DNA of 64,000 nt from Christensenellales bacterium (GTDB lineage: Bacteria; Bacillota; Clostridia; Christensenellales; UBA1242), in assembly GCA_051883495.1 (NCBI GenBank), contig JBJETV010000017.1, positions 28,911-92,910 of the forward strand. Direction: 5' to 3'. The notes under the pieces are model-generated. The model ran no database searches. It had not been told where the DNA came from and saw only the letters and a list, made by a program, of their open reading frames with translations. Below, in pieces: positions 1-10,100 of the stretch. Made by a program: the position numbers and the translations under genes. The stretch's first letter is position 1. The number at the start of each line of letters is the position of its first letter.

Positions 1-15
1 GGAGCTAGTGTTACA

Positions 16-1284
16 GTGAATGATATCTACACTATAACACCACCAAAAAATCCTTTGGATGCAAACAAAGCAAATGAAATTGAATATGGCAAGCTTCCTC
101 AAAAGGAACAATCGCCAAAGGCAAAAAAGAAAAAAAGATTACTCAATTTTTTATATTTTGCATTAAATATTGCAGTTATAATCATTGTTTTAGCAATACA
201 ATTATCTAAAGAACAAAATCCGCTGGAATCTCTTTCCGAAATTCAAAATGTAAATGTATGGTTTCTTTTAGCGGCACTTGGTTGTGTAATTCTTGGTATG
301 GTTTTAGAACAAGTGCGGACGACCTGTCTTATCACAAATACAACCAAAGTTTATAGACCCTCGCTGGGATATAAGGTTGCTGCATTAGGTAGGTTTTATG
401 ATGTAATTACGCCACTTAGCACTGGTGGTCAACCTTTTCAAATATTATATATGTCCAAATATGGCATAAAGGTTGGCGAAGGCGTATCAGTATCAATGGG
501 AAAATATACATTTTCTCAGATAATATTCTTCTTGTGGGTAACTTTCTTCCTTATGAGAAATCTAATAACTGGTGGGATGCAAAATGTCTCCTCCATTGCA
601 GGTGGCTTGGCAACAACATTAAGTTGGATTGGTTATGCGGTTCTTGCGGTGGTTATTGTAACAGTTCTAATTATTTCACTTAACAAGCGCGTTGGGGCCA
701 GTTTTGTTGTTGGCATCTTAAAACTATTGAGCAAAATACACATCGGAAAGTTTAGGATTATTAAAGACTACAAAAAGACTTTTAGAAGTGTTATGCGCAC
801 AGTAAACATTTGGCAAACTACAACAAAACAATATAGCAAATCACCTTGGGTTGTGTTTGTTTCATTTGCAGGCTCGTTGTTGTTTTATGCGATAAGTTAT
901 AGTATGCCATTCTTCCTTTACAGTGCTTTTGCAGGCTGGCATCCAGAGATGTGGGTGGAGATTGTTACTCTTGCCGTTATGATTGATATGTCATCGGCTT
1001 TCAATCCAATTCCAATGGGCACAGGCACAGCAGACTTGTCCTTTACAGCATTCTTCTCATCATTGTTTATCACCGCAGGGCTCGGTGCAGGGGCGCAAGT
1101 TTGGGCTCTATTGATATGGCGTTTCTTCACCTACTATATATTCATTCTTCAAGGAATGTTTATATTTGTTTATGACATAGCAATAGGTGATAAGAAATTG
1201 GAAAAGAATAAAGATTATTGGGCAACACCTGTTAGACAACGTAGAAAATCAAAAGCAGAATTAAAATCAACTAGTCAAAAATAG
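16..1284 (+). CDS. Polytopic membrane protein, flippase-like / lysyl-PG-synthase-TM (UPF0104) family; N-terminus may extend beyond the window
   Basis: 422-codon ORF with GTG at 16; the frame stays open back to nt 1. Several hydrophobic spans and a K-rich N-tail (PKAKKKKR). The motif GRFYDVITPLSTGGQPFQILYM is typical of this family. An intrinsic terminator follows at 1351-1378. Confidence 0.65.
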   Translation: MNDIYTITPPKNPLDANKANEIEYGKLPQKEQSPKAKKKKRLLNFLYFALNIAVIIIVLAIQLSKEQNPLESLSEIQNVNVWFLLAALGCVILGMVLEQVRTTCLITNTTKVYRPSLGYKVAALGRFYDVITPLSTGGQPFQILYMSKYGIKVGEGVSVSMGKYTFSQIIFFLWVTFFLMRNLITGGMQNVSSIAGGLATTLSWIGYAVLAVVIVTVLIISLNKRVGASFVVGILKLLSKIHIGKFRIIKDYKKTFRSVMRTVNIWQTTTKQYSKSPWVVFVSFAGSLLFYAISYSMPFFLYSAFAGWHPEMWVEIVTLAVMIDMSSAFNPIPMGTGTADLSFTAFFSSLFITAGLGAGAQVWALLIWRFFTYYIFILQGMFIFVYDIAIGDKKLEKNKDYWATPVRQRRKSKAELKSTSQK

Positions 1285-1350
1285 TTGGCTTTTCGACCAA
1301 TAATACGCAAAAATTTTTGCATAAATATCGCATTATTACTGTTAATTATT

Positions 1351-1378
1351 AAAACCTGACCATTCGGTCGGGTTTTTT
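1351..1378 (+). terminator. Rho-independent terminator
   Basis: Stem AAAACCTGACC / GGTCGGGTTTT (one G-T wobble), loop ATTC, then a T-run. Lies 67 nt after the stop at 1284. Confidence 0.7.
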
Positions 1379-1603
1379 GCTTAATTAACTTTTTAGAGCC
1401 TTGACTAATGAATTAAAGGAATAAATTGATACTTATTGAATGTCTTTTGAAAGATGCGAACTATTGGTCTGCTGAAAAGATATCTTTAATGCGGGGCCCC
1501 TTTAGAAAGAATAATAAAGAGTAATAAAATGCAAGATGATTGAAATAGTGCAGAAAAATTGATTAAAATAATCTAATCTGGATATAAATTATTCAGGTGA
1601 AAA

Positions 1604-2113
1604 ATGAAAAGACAATCACGTAAATTCATATTAAGATTATCTACATATCCAATGTTAATAATACTATCTATCTTGTTATTGACAAGTTTTTGCTCAAGAG
1701 ATATTTTTTATGAATTTTTTTCAAGATATGAGGGAGTGGAGTTTTGTTATATATACAATTACGAAAAGGTGCAGAATGTACTCCTTTATTCTATGTCGGA
1801 CAGTTCTAAAAATGATAGAATTGTAAAAAATGGACATTATTTATTTGTTTATTCTAATAAACAATTTTTTTGCAATCCTAAATTCAAACAAGGTATAATA
1901 AGTGGAGATAAAGAAAAATATTTTGAAATGATAAAAATGCTTAATCTCAAAAATATTTATACAGAAAAGATAGGAGATATAATCGCTACATATGGCTATT
2001 CATGCGGATTTGGTGATTTTAGATATATAAATAATTATAAGATAAATATTCAAATTGTTTTATCAAATGAAAAGATAATATTTGGCTCACCAATGATATG
2101 TGGTTCTTATTAA
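1604..2113 (+). CDS. Hypothetical secreted or membrane-anchored protein (orphan); C-terminal end faintly YwmB/DUF1779-like
   Basis: 169-codon ORF with RBS AGGTGA about 4 nt before the ATG. N-terminal basic stretch plus a hydrophobic span (MKRQSRKFILRLSTYPMLIILSILLLTSFC). Clearly more AT-rich than its neighbours. The ending NIQIVLSNEKIIFGSPMICGSY recalls the YwmB family from memory only. Confidence 0.45.
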   Translation: MKRQSRKFILRLSTYPMLIILSILLLTSFCSRDIFYEFFSRYEGVEFCYIYNYEKVQNVLLYSMSDSSKNDRIVKNGHYLFVYSNKQFFCNPKFKQGIISGDKEKYFEMIKMLNLKNIYTEKIGDIIATYGYSCGFGDFRYINNYKINIQIVLSNEKIIFGSPMICGSY

Positions 2114-2364
2114 AAGCGATATATTATAGAGTGTAATTGTATTAAGGAGTTAAGATTTATAAGGAAATTTTTGTTTTATAATTAAGACAAATTTTCTTAA
2201 TAATAATTGAAATTTATATGATTATTTATTACTTGGATTTATATGTTCTATAAATTGTATCTCTGCGAAAAATAGGGGTTTTTAGCGAATATTTTTTGTA
2301 ATGAAAAATAAAAAAAATGATTAAAATTTTTCCTTTGGTCAACAATTCTGTCAAGGAGGGAAAT

Positions 2365-2952
2365 ATGAATAGGATTGACATTAGATGGTTGTGGCATAAA
2401 TACAAAAGAGCAATAATATCTTCGGCTATGTGTCTGTTGGCGGTGGTGCTGGTTGCTGTTATTTCTGCAACAAGCCTAAACAGCTCAAAAGTTTCGAAGC
2501 AGAATGAGGTGCAGACCAGTTCTCCTACATCAATCACTTTTGTTTCGCCTGTTAAAGATGGAACAGTGATAAAAGACTATTCCAACAAGACTCTCAAATA
2601 CAACGCAACTCTAAAACAATGGGAAGCACATAAGGCTGTGGATATCAAAGGCCCTGAAGGTGCAAGTGTTGTAGCGGTTGCCGATGGAGAGGTTGTGTCG
2701 GTTGAGTCTAATTATCTAACTGGCACAGTGGTAACAATCAAACATAATGAAAAGTTGCAAACTGTGTATGCGTCTCTTGGCGAAACTGTTGAAGTAAAAG
2801 CTGGCGACAAAGTGAAAAGCGGACAAAAAATAGGAACAATATCCACCACCGCAAAAAATGAGTCGAGTGATGGCCCACATCTACATTTTGAAGTGTTGCT
2901 GGATGGCGTTAAGGTTGACCCAAATCTTTATCTAGAAAATTCTAACAAATAA
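2365..2952 (+). CDS. Membrane-anchored M23/LytM metallopeptidase, SpoIIQ-like candidate
   Basis: ATG at 2365 follows RBS AAGGAGGG; the track start at 2317 has no RBS. N-terminal TM segment (AIISSAMCLLAVVLVAVISA). Intact LytM motifs HKAVD (HxxxD) and HLHFEV (HxH). Sits just upstream of spoIIID, as spoIIQ does in clostridia. Confidence 0.8.
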   Translation: MNRIDIRWLWHKYKRAIISSAMCLLAVVLVAVISATSLNSSKVSKQNEVQTSSPTSITFVSPVKDGTVIKDYSNKTLKYNATLKQWEAHKAVDIKGPEGASVVAVADGEVVSVESNYLTGTVVTIKHNEKLQTVYASLGETVEVKAGDKVKSGQKIGTISTTAKNESSDGPHLHFEVLLDGVKVDPNLYLENSNK

Positions 2953-3033
2953 TCTTTTTTTTGAAAAAAATACTTTACTAATATTTTATTTTAATATATA
3001 ATGTTGGTATGAGTTAAAATTTCGGAGGAGATT

Positions 3034-3264
3034 ATGACACTAGACAAAGTTAAACAAATGCTTGCAAATCAACTTAATGTACAAGTTGAAAAAATCAACG
3101 AAGATTCTAGACTTATTGAAGATTTGGGCGCAGACTCACTGGATATGATAGAAATGCTTATGTCGCTTGAAGAAGAATTTGGAATAAATGTTCCAGATGA
3201 CAAAGTCGAGGACCTTAAAACCGTTGGAAACATTGTCGCGTTTATAGACAGTGTAAAAAAGTAA
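3034..3264 (+). CDS. acpP: Acyl carrier protein
   Basis: 76 aa with RBS GGAGGAG. Canonical phosphopantetheine site LGADSLDMIEMLMSLEEEFG. Acidic four-helix ACP pattern. Confidence 0.9.
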   Translation: MTLDKVKQMLANQLNVQVEKINEDSRLIEDLGADSLDMIEMLMSLEEEFGINVPDDKVEDLKTVGNIVAFIDSVKK

Positions 3265-3279
3265 TATTTACTTTGCAAG

Positions 3280-3310
3280 AAAACATCCCTTTTTTGGGGG
3301 TGTTTTTTTT
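3280..3310 (+). terminator. Rho-independent terminator after the ACP gene
   Basis: Stem AAAACATCCC / GGGGTGTTTT (one wobble), T-rich loop, followed by a T8 run. Confidence 0.7.
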
Positions 3311-3413
3311 GTATAAAATGTTCAGTATTGTTGTATATTATTCAATAAAATTTGACAAAAAATGACATAATTTTTCGTTTGCGTTCATAAGGATTACAAA
3401 GGAGCAAAACGGA

Positions 3414-3671
3414 ATGGAAATGTCAATTACGTCTAGAGTTTTTGCAGAGGCAGACTTTATATTGAAAAGCAATGGAACAGTAAGAAGTGTTGCAAAATGT
3501 TTCGGCGTGTCAAAAAGCACAGTGCACAATGACCTGTCTAAAAAACTAAAAAGACTTAATAATTCCTTGTATGAAAAGGTAAACATTTTGTTAAAATTTA
3601 ACCTTGCCGAACGACATATTCGAGGCGGTGAAGCAACCAAAAAAAAGTATAAAGAGTTGGAGAAAAAATGA
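3414..3671 (+). CDS. spoIIID: Sporulation transcriptional regulator SpoIIID
   Basis: 85 aa with RBS AAAGGAG. The HTH TVRSVAKCFGVSKSTVHNDL nearly matches B. subtilis SpoIIID (TVRVIAKEFGVSKSTVHKDL). C-terminal basic region RHIRGGEATKKKY. Confidence 0.85.
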   Translation: MEMSITSRVFAEADFILKSNGTVRSVAKCFGVSKSTVHNDLSKKLKRLNNSLYEKVNILLKFNLAERHIRGGEATKKKYKELEKK

Positions 3672-3850
3672 TATAGTTTTTTAACTTTTTTTTATGATTA
3701 AAATTATTAGACGACTTTGAGTTCTATTTTATGGTAAAAATGCCATAATAAATTCATATTCTCCACTTATAATGCGGTCTTTATGAAATAAACTGTATAA
3801 TTTTGCCATAAATTATGAAAAAATTCATTATATATGCTAATTGTCGCTAG

Positions 3851-3891
3851 TTATCCACAATTTAGAAAATATTGTGGATAATTTTTTATTT
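3851..3891 (+). terminator. AT-rich hairpin plus T-tract, probable spoIIID terminator; both arms are perfect DnaA-box 9-mers
   Basis: TTATCCACAAT (3851-3861), 9-nt loop, ATTGTGGATAA (3871-3881), then TTTTTTATTT. Confidence 0.5.
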
Positions 3892-3989
3892 GTAAAAATG
3901 CAAAAAATAGCCAAAAAATTTGTCAAGTAAATTTGATGAAAAAATTGCAAAAAAAGTGATATTTATTTTTTTATTTTTACCCCATTTCT

Positions 3990-4019
3990 TTGACAAGAAA
4001 TGCCAATATAGTTTATAAT
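3990..4019 (+). promoter_or_regulatory. Sigma-A-type promoter of giant gene 1
   Basis: TTGACA (3990-3995), 18-nt spacer, TATAAT (4014-4019). Roughly phased A-tracts lie upstream at 3894-3955. The ATG is about 60 nt downstream. Confidence 0.6.
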
Positions 4020-4084
4020 ATTACATAAATAAAAACTCAATTATATTTCTGCTAAAATTTAACATAATAAGGATAGGTGCTGGT

Positions 4085-4150
4085 ATGAAAAAGTTTTTTG
4101 TATTTATGTCAATATTGCTTCTTTCTTTGTCAGGAGTGTTTGTTGCATGT
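4085..4150 (+). other. Lipoprotein (SPase II) signal peptide of giant protein 1
   Basis: MKKFFVFMSILLLSLSGVFVA-C22-GGG: a basic N-region, a hydrophobic core and the lipobox FVAC (Cys codon at 4148-4150). Confidence 0.75.
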
Positions 4151-7100
4151 GGAGGAGGAAGATATGATGACCTGAACATTTCGGTCATCTCTGTTGTCAC
4201 GTCTGAGAACAAGAACGTGGAGTATAGCAGCAAGGACGGATGCTATATCCTAGAGCCTGGTGATAAGGTTACTATAAAAGCCAAGGCAACTTGTTCCAGT
4301 GATATTGCAGAAGACTTGCTGTTTGAAAACTATTCGCCAGCATCGCTTGTGCCAGATGAAAATGCAAATAGGAATGCAAAGACCTCTTACACTTTTGATG
4401 TTAATGCTCCAAGCGCAGGAGGAGTTTTCAAGATTGTAATTATGTCTCGTGAGTCAAGCAATGGGGCAAAGACTCTTTTGTTCAAGGCACAAGACACGCC
4501 TACTCAAATTGCCTTTAAGGATGGTGGTGTGGGTGCTGTATATGGCTCAGAAGTGAACCTTGCAAGTTGTGTAAACTTTTCTAGCAAGTTTAGCGAAAAA
4601 TTCCCAGAATATGAAGTTTCAGATAAAAGTTTGAGATATGAAGTTGTATCTACATTGAGAAATGATGATACTGAATACGAAATCTCGTATGACGAATTAA
4701 CTTCAACCTATTATGTGAAAATGGGTGATTTGGATATCGAGGCATTTAAGATTGAAAACGGTTTGCTTACTATTTTGGATAACAGAGTTTATGGAGAATT
4801 TGAAATAGTAGCAAAAGCCAGCAATTATATTGATAACCTTCCACCAACATCTTCTTCTGATAAGAAGACTGCCAACGAAAAACTGAAAACTCAAACAACC
4901 GTAAGTATTGTTGAACCTATTTCTCTTGAGAAGATAGAAATTAAGAGTGGAACAAGTGCAGGCCAAATAAACTTTACAAACATCCCACTTGAAACTAAAC
5001 TTTCTGCGTTGTTGTTGAACAATTTTTCGGGTGAATGGAAAGATAGCGATAATCAAGGGCATTTCTACAACTTGGAAAATGTTAATGTCTTATTGAGAAA
5101 TAGCGATGCAGACAAAATTGATATTACCGCATCACTTGAAGAGGGAACTAATATCGTTGCTGTTGATAGTAAAAATCCAGTAGAACTGACAAGTGAAGGG
5201 ACTGTAAGCGGAAAGAAAAGAGATTTTGCTTTTATGGCAAACGCATCTGCTGGCACTGCTGTAGTAGACTTCTTGTTTACATACAAATTTGGAAATAACT
5301 TAACAATAAAATTTTCTGACTTATATGAAGAATATTTTGAAAGTTTGTCGGAAGACGTAAAAAATCAATTATACAAACTTTATGGAGAGAGTTCTAGAAG
5401 TAAGTATGTTCAATTTGATGTGCAATCTATTCCAAATGGAGTAAGTGTTTATAGGGAAAACGATAGAAATCCTTTGGAACTAAATGAGACCGTTGCTGTT
5501 TTTGATAGTTATAGTGGCACTCGTGGAACAAGATTTGAAATAAATATTCCATTTGGCAAAGGAACAAGTGAAAATGATAAGAAAGTAAGGGTATATATCA
5601 ATTCTTCAGACAATGCAGATTCTTATCTAGAAGTAAGCGATTACAATGGAACTATAGCCCTGCAATCTGAAAATGTTGATGGACAAGTTGTCTATTTCTT
5701 TGAAAGAAATTTGGCTATAGAAACACACAATGTGTTTTATGTAAAGGCAAAACAAGGCACAGATTTTAATGGAAAAAGTTTTGAAATAACTGTTGAAAGC
5801 TTGATTGAATCAAAAATTACACTTTCTAATGGAACTATCATTGCTTCTGGATCAGAAAATGGTGATTTGAGAAATGAAACATTTACATTCAACATTGAAG
5901 CAAAGAAGGGTGTTAGCTCTATTGTAGCAAAAACAATGGTTGCGAGTGACAAATTCCCAACTATTGGAGAAGAAGGGGTTTATAGCAAAATTGTTCTGCA
6001 AAAGCAAAGTAATCCTTCTTCAGCCAAAGGAACATTGGTTGCATTTGCTATTGATGCAGACCCTAGCACTGCAATTACAGTGGGGTATGATTCAGATATC
6101 GTTAAGATAGATGTAGTTACTCTTGAAGCAGGAAGTTTGTTTGCGGGTAAATTTGCTGAAGGTCAAAATATTGCCGGAGTATTGTCTTTGGTTGGGCTAA
6201 AGAAAGGTGAAACAAAAATAACTCTCCAAGCGGACAATGGATACAAGGTTGTTTTGTCTGTGTTGGTTGTGGAAAGTTTTGCAGATGACTATGTATCACT
6301 GATTGTTGATGGTGACAATGCAATAGCCAACAACGACTTGGCAAATAGTAGAACTATCAGTGTTTTTGTAGGAGAACCTTTCGAGGTGTCTTATACAGTT
6401 GCATCTTCTCAAGATGCTGTAAGAGCAGTAAGATATTCTTCATCAAATGAACAAGTGGCAACAATAGCAGGGAATGGGAGAGTATCAACTCTTACCGCAG
6501 GGGAATCCATTGTAACTCTTGAAATAAAATTTTATGCTTTTTCTATAAATAATGGTTATGCGGTGTGGAATGAGAGGTCTTGCACTAGACAAGTAAAGAT
6601 TCGGGCGTTTATTCCAGCTGTTTCTAAAACATTGTCAAGAACAGAGATAAATGTATATGACTACAATTCGCTTGGTGGAGATATGCCAAGTTTTGATGTC
6701 CAAGGCAAAAAAGATTTGTCCAAGGTGTCGTTTAGCGTTGATTTAAGAGGTAAAGATGACCAAACACCAACAATTGCTGGGACAAATTGTATCACAGTAA
6801 AAATAGCCCCAGAAGATAGTAGATATATAGTTGGCACGCTTGAAGGCAATGTCTTTACAGGGTTTGCTTATTTGCCTGAAGGGATAAATTCTAAACATGT
6901 TAGAATAGAAGTGGTTATTGAAGAATATGGCACAGCTGTTTCAAAATATTGTGATGTGTATATCGAACGAGCGATAATGGTGGAAGATATTGGTGTTGCT
7001 GTTATGGAGAATGGTTCGGATATAGACGTTGAATATGTAGAAGATAAAACTGCAACATTGCTAACATCTACCAAGGCAGGCAAAACATTGACATTTGAAA

Positions 7101-10100
7101 CATCAATTTTGCCACAAGATGCTAGAGATAAATCTTTGGTGGTGGAGTTGTTCCGTTCAAACAACAATTATGACAAAAATCAGCCATTTACAAAAGTTAT
7201 GAACGAAGGGGTGTTGCCAGTTATTTCATATAAAGGCGAGCCTTCTTACGAAACTATTGTGCGTGCTGGAGAAAGTTTTGATGTTTATATAGATAGCAAC
7301 TGTTCGGGAGTATTTATTGTTTCCATTTCCAGTGCAGATAGTGTGCAAAGTGAAACACAGGTCGCAAATGGAGAAGACAATATATATTATGTAAGAAATT
7401 ACAATAAAACAATTGATATAGTTGTTAAGATCGAAGATGGCAGACTGGTTCCTTATGTTATCAAAAATTCTGAGGAATTGAGAGAACTGGAAAATTCAGA
7501 TAGAAACTTTGTCCTTGGAGCAGACATTTCTCTTGCCAATGAAAATTGGACCCCAATAAAGGGCTTTACTGGCTCTCTTAATGGTTATCTAAATGGCAAT
7601 TATTACAAAATTTCAGGCTTGAGCCTAAATAATGTTGACGAAGAGTATGTTGGCTTGTTTGCTACTCTTGACAACAGAACTGAAGGTGGAGAAACTGAAA
7701 GTGCCCCAGTGAGTAAATATTATGGTGCAATACTCAATGTTAAACTTGTTGTTTCTAAAATTGTGGTATCTCCAAATGATAAAACTAACATCTCTTTAGG
7801 TACATTGGTGGGCAAAAATAATGGTCTTATTGCAAACTGCTCGGTAGAATTGAATGGGGTAGATATCAAATCTACAAGTGCTATGAATATCGGTGGTTTG
7901 GTGGGCGAAAACAATGGACTTATTATATCTTGCGAAGAATCACTTGGAAAATCAAACGACGAATTGCAAAATGAACTGGATATGTTGAGTAGAGATACTC
8001 TAGCATACACTGCAGGAAGCACCAATGATTTTAATTCCCTTGCCGATTTTGAAAAACTTAATTTCGTTTCTGAAACAGTGGTTAAAGGTAATATGCAAAT
8101 TGAGGCTACTGGCGCTGTTAATGTTGGTGGTGTTGCAGGAAAGAACTCTGGCATTATAAACGGAATTTATGGAGTATTTGCTAAAAGAAATGAAATAGCA
8201 AGTATGACAGATAATGTATTTGCAGTGTCTTATCAAAGTGAAGGTGTAGATGCTGATGTAAATATAAATGTTGGTGGTGGCAATATTTCTAGCGAAAATG
8301 CAAACGTTGGTGGTGTTGTTGGTTATCAATATGGCGGGAACTTGTTCAACGTGTCTGCTGATGGGCAAATAGGTTATATTCAATCAAATAATGTATCTGG
8401 TGTTAATAAAAATGTCGGTGGCATTGCAGGCTATGTGGCAGGAAACGGCGAAAATACAAATATTTCTAATGCTCTTTCTTCTGTGAGAGTTTATGGAAAA
8501 GATTTTGTAGGTGGTGCAATAGGCAAGGCATATGATGCATTGCTAGACCTTATCCGTGTTGAGAATGCAACAGGAAATGTTGGTGCTTTGATTACAGCAA
8601 ACGGTGGCACAGTTGGTGGTGTAGTTGCTTATGCAAAAAATGTTGAAATTACACACAGTTATTCTCAAGGTTATGCTGACCAATATGACAGTGTGTATGT
8701 TGCAAATGGCGACTTGAAAATGCTTAACTCTTCAAATCTTGTTGGTGGAATTGTAGGCAAAACAGAGGGTTCTTGTGCTATAAAAAATAGCTTCTCTATG
8801 TTCAACTTTGTTGGTGCTGGTAATGCTGTGGGTATAGCAGAGAAAAGTGATGTTTGCCGAGTGGAAAATGTTTATTATATTGGCGTAGGGGCTAGCACAC
8901 TTTGTGGAACAAGCAAAACAGCAGAAGGCTTTAACTTCTTTGTAGAGTTGGAATATAGAGATATAGCAGAAGAAAAGGTTTTAACTGCAAAGTCTGTTGA
9001 CCTAACTGGATTGAATAATGAAAGTGATGCTATTTTCCTGTCTGGCAAAAAAATGAGAGTGGTTTACCCTTATGCAGGATCAGAAGGAAACCTTGACTTT
9101 GAATCTAAAATCTTGGCATATTCCAGTAATGTGGGAGTGTTTAGCCTTGCAAGGAATATTCCTACAAGCATTTCTACAACTGCAAATAGCAATTCTGGTG
9201 TGGCAACTTTGCACGAAACAAAGTGGAAATTGACATTCGATACCAACGAAGATAATTTTAGAAATGCAAAATTCTATGTTTTGAAAGATAATAACTACAA
9301 TGATGGCGAAATGGCTGTTGTGCTAAATCTTTCTAGTGAAGAAGAAAAAAATATCATTGCTATACAAGATTTGTTTGACATTTTGGCATTGCCAAGCGGA
9401 ATAAGTTATGCTCATCTTTTGGCTAGTTTGTCAAAAAGTGATATTGCAGAAGTAACTTCTGACGGCAATATTATTCTCAAAAACACAGGGAAAACTACTC
9501 TCAAACTGACCGTTAAGGAAAATAAAAAAGTTTGGTGTGAAGTTGACATATATGTGGTGAGAAACTTTGACAAGCTTGTGCTAAACTCGGGCATTGCATT
9601 GGCTCAAGATTATATTGGAAGAACTACAACTGTTGGAATAAAAACTGACATAAATATTATTGCTACATTGTGCGAATATACAAAGGAACAATCAGGTAGA
9701 GTAATATATGGCATTTTGAGTGATTCTCAATATGTGTTGTCCACCATTCCTGCTCAAGATGGTTATTCACTTAGGTTAGATGTTTTCGATGGTGAAGACA
9801 ACAGAGCAAAAGAATATCTTTCCACCAATTCAGAGTCGGAAAATGAAGATGCTGTGTTTGTTAGGTTGGCAAATGGTCTTAAGTTCTTGAAAGTAGGCGA
9901 ATGGACTGTAAAACCTATTATCGAATATTCAAAAGATGGAGTAGAATTTGAATACATTTGTGACGACTGGTCTTTTGTTTTGAACGCAATCTCTGGTGCA
10001 ACAAATATCACTACAAGGACAGAATCCAAAGAGATTACTCTATATGGTGAAACACGCAACGACAATCTAGCAGTGGTTGTTACGGCTGATACAGAAGAAG

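Noticed and set aside
2229-3640. Minus-strand ORFs 2229-2537, 3069-3278 and 3338-3640.
   Set aside because: They are antisense to the M23 peptidase start region, to acpP and to spoIIID respectively, all of which have strong family motifs. None has an RBS.
3851-3881. Chromosomal replication origin (oriC) suggested by perfect DnaA boxes.
   Set aside because: There are only two boxes, and they form one palindrome. No dnaA or dnaN gene and no box array with an adjacent AT-rich unwinding element is present. Terminator and regulatory-site readings suffice.
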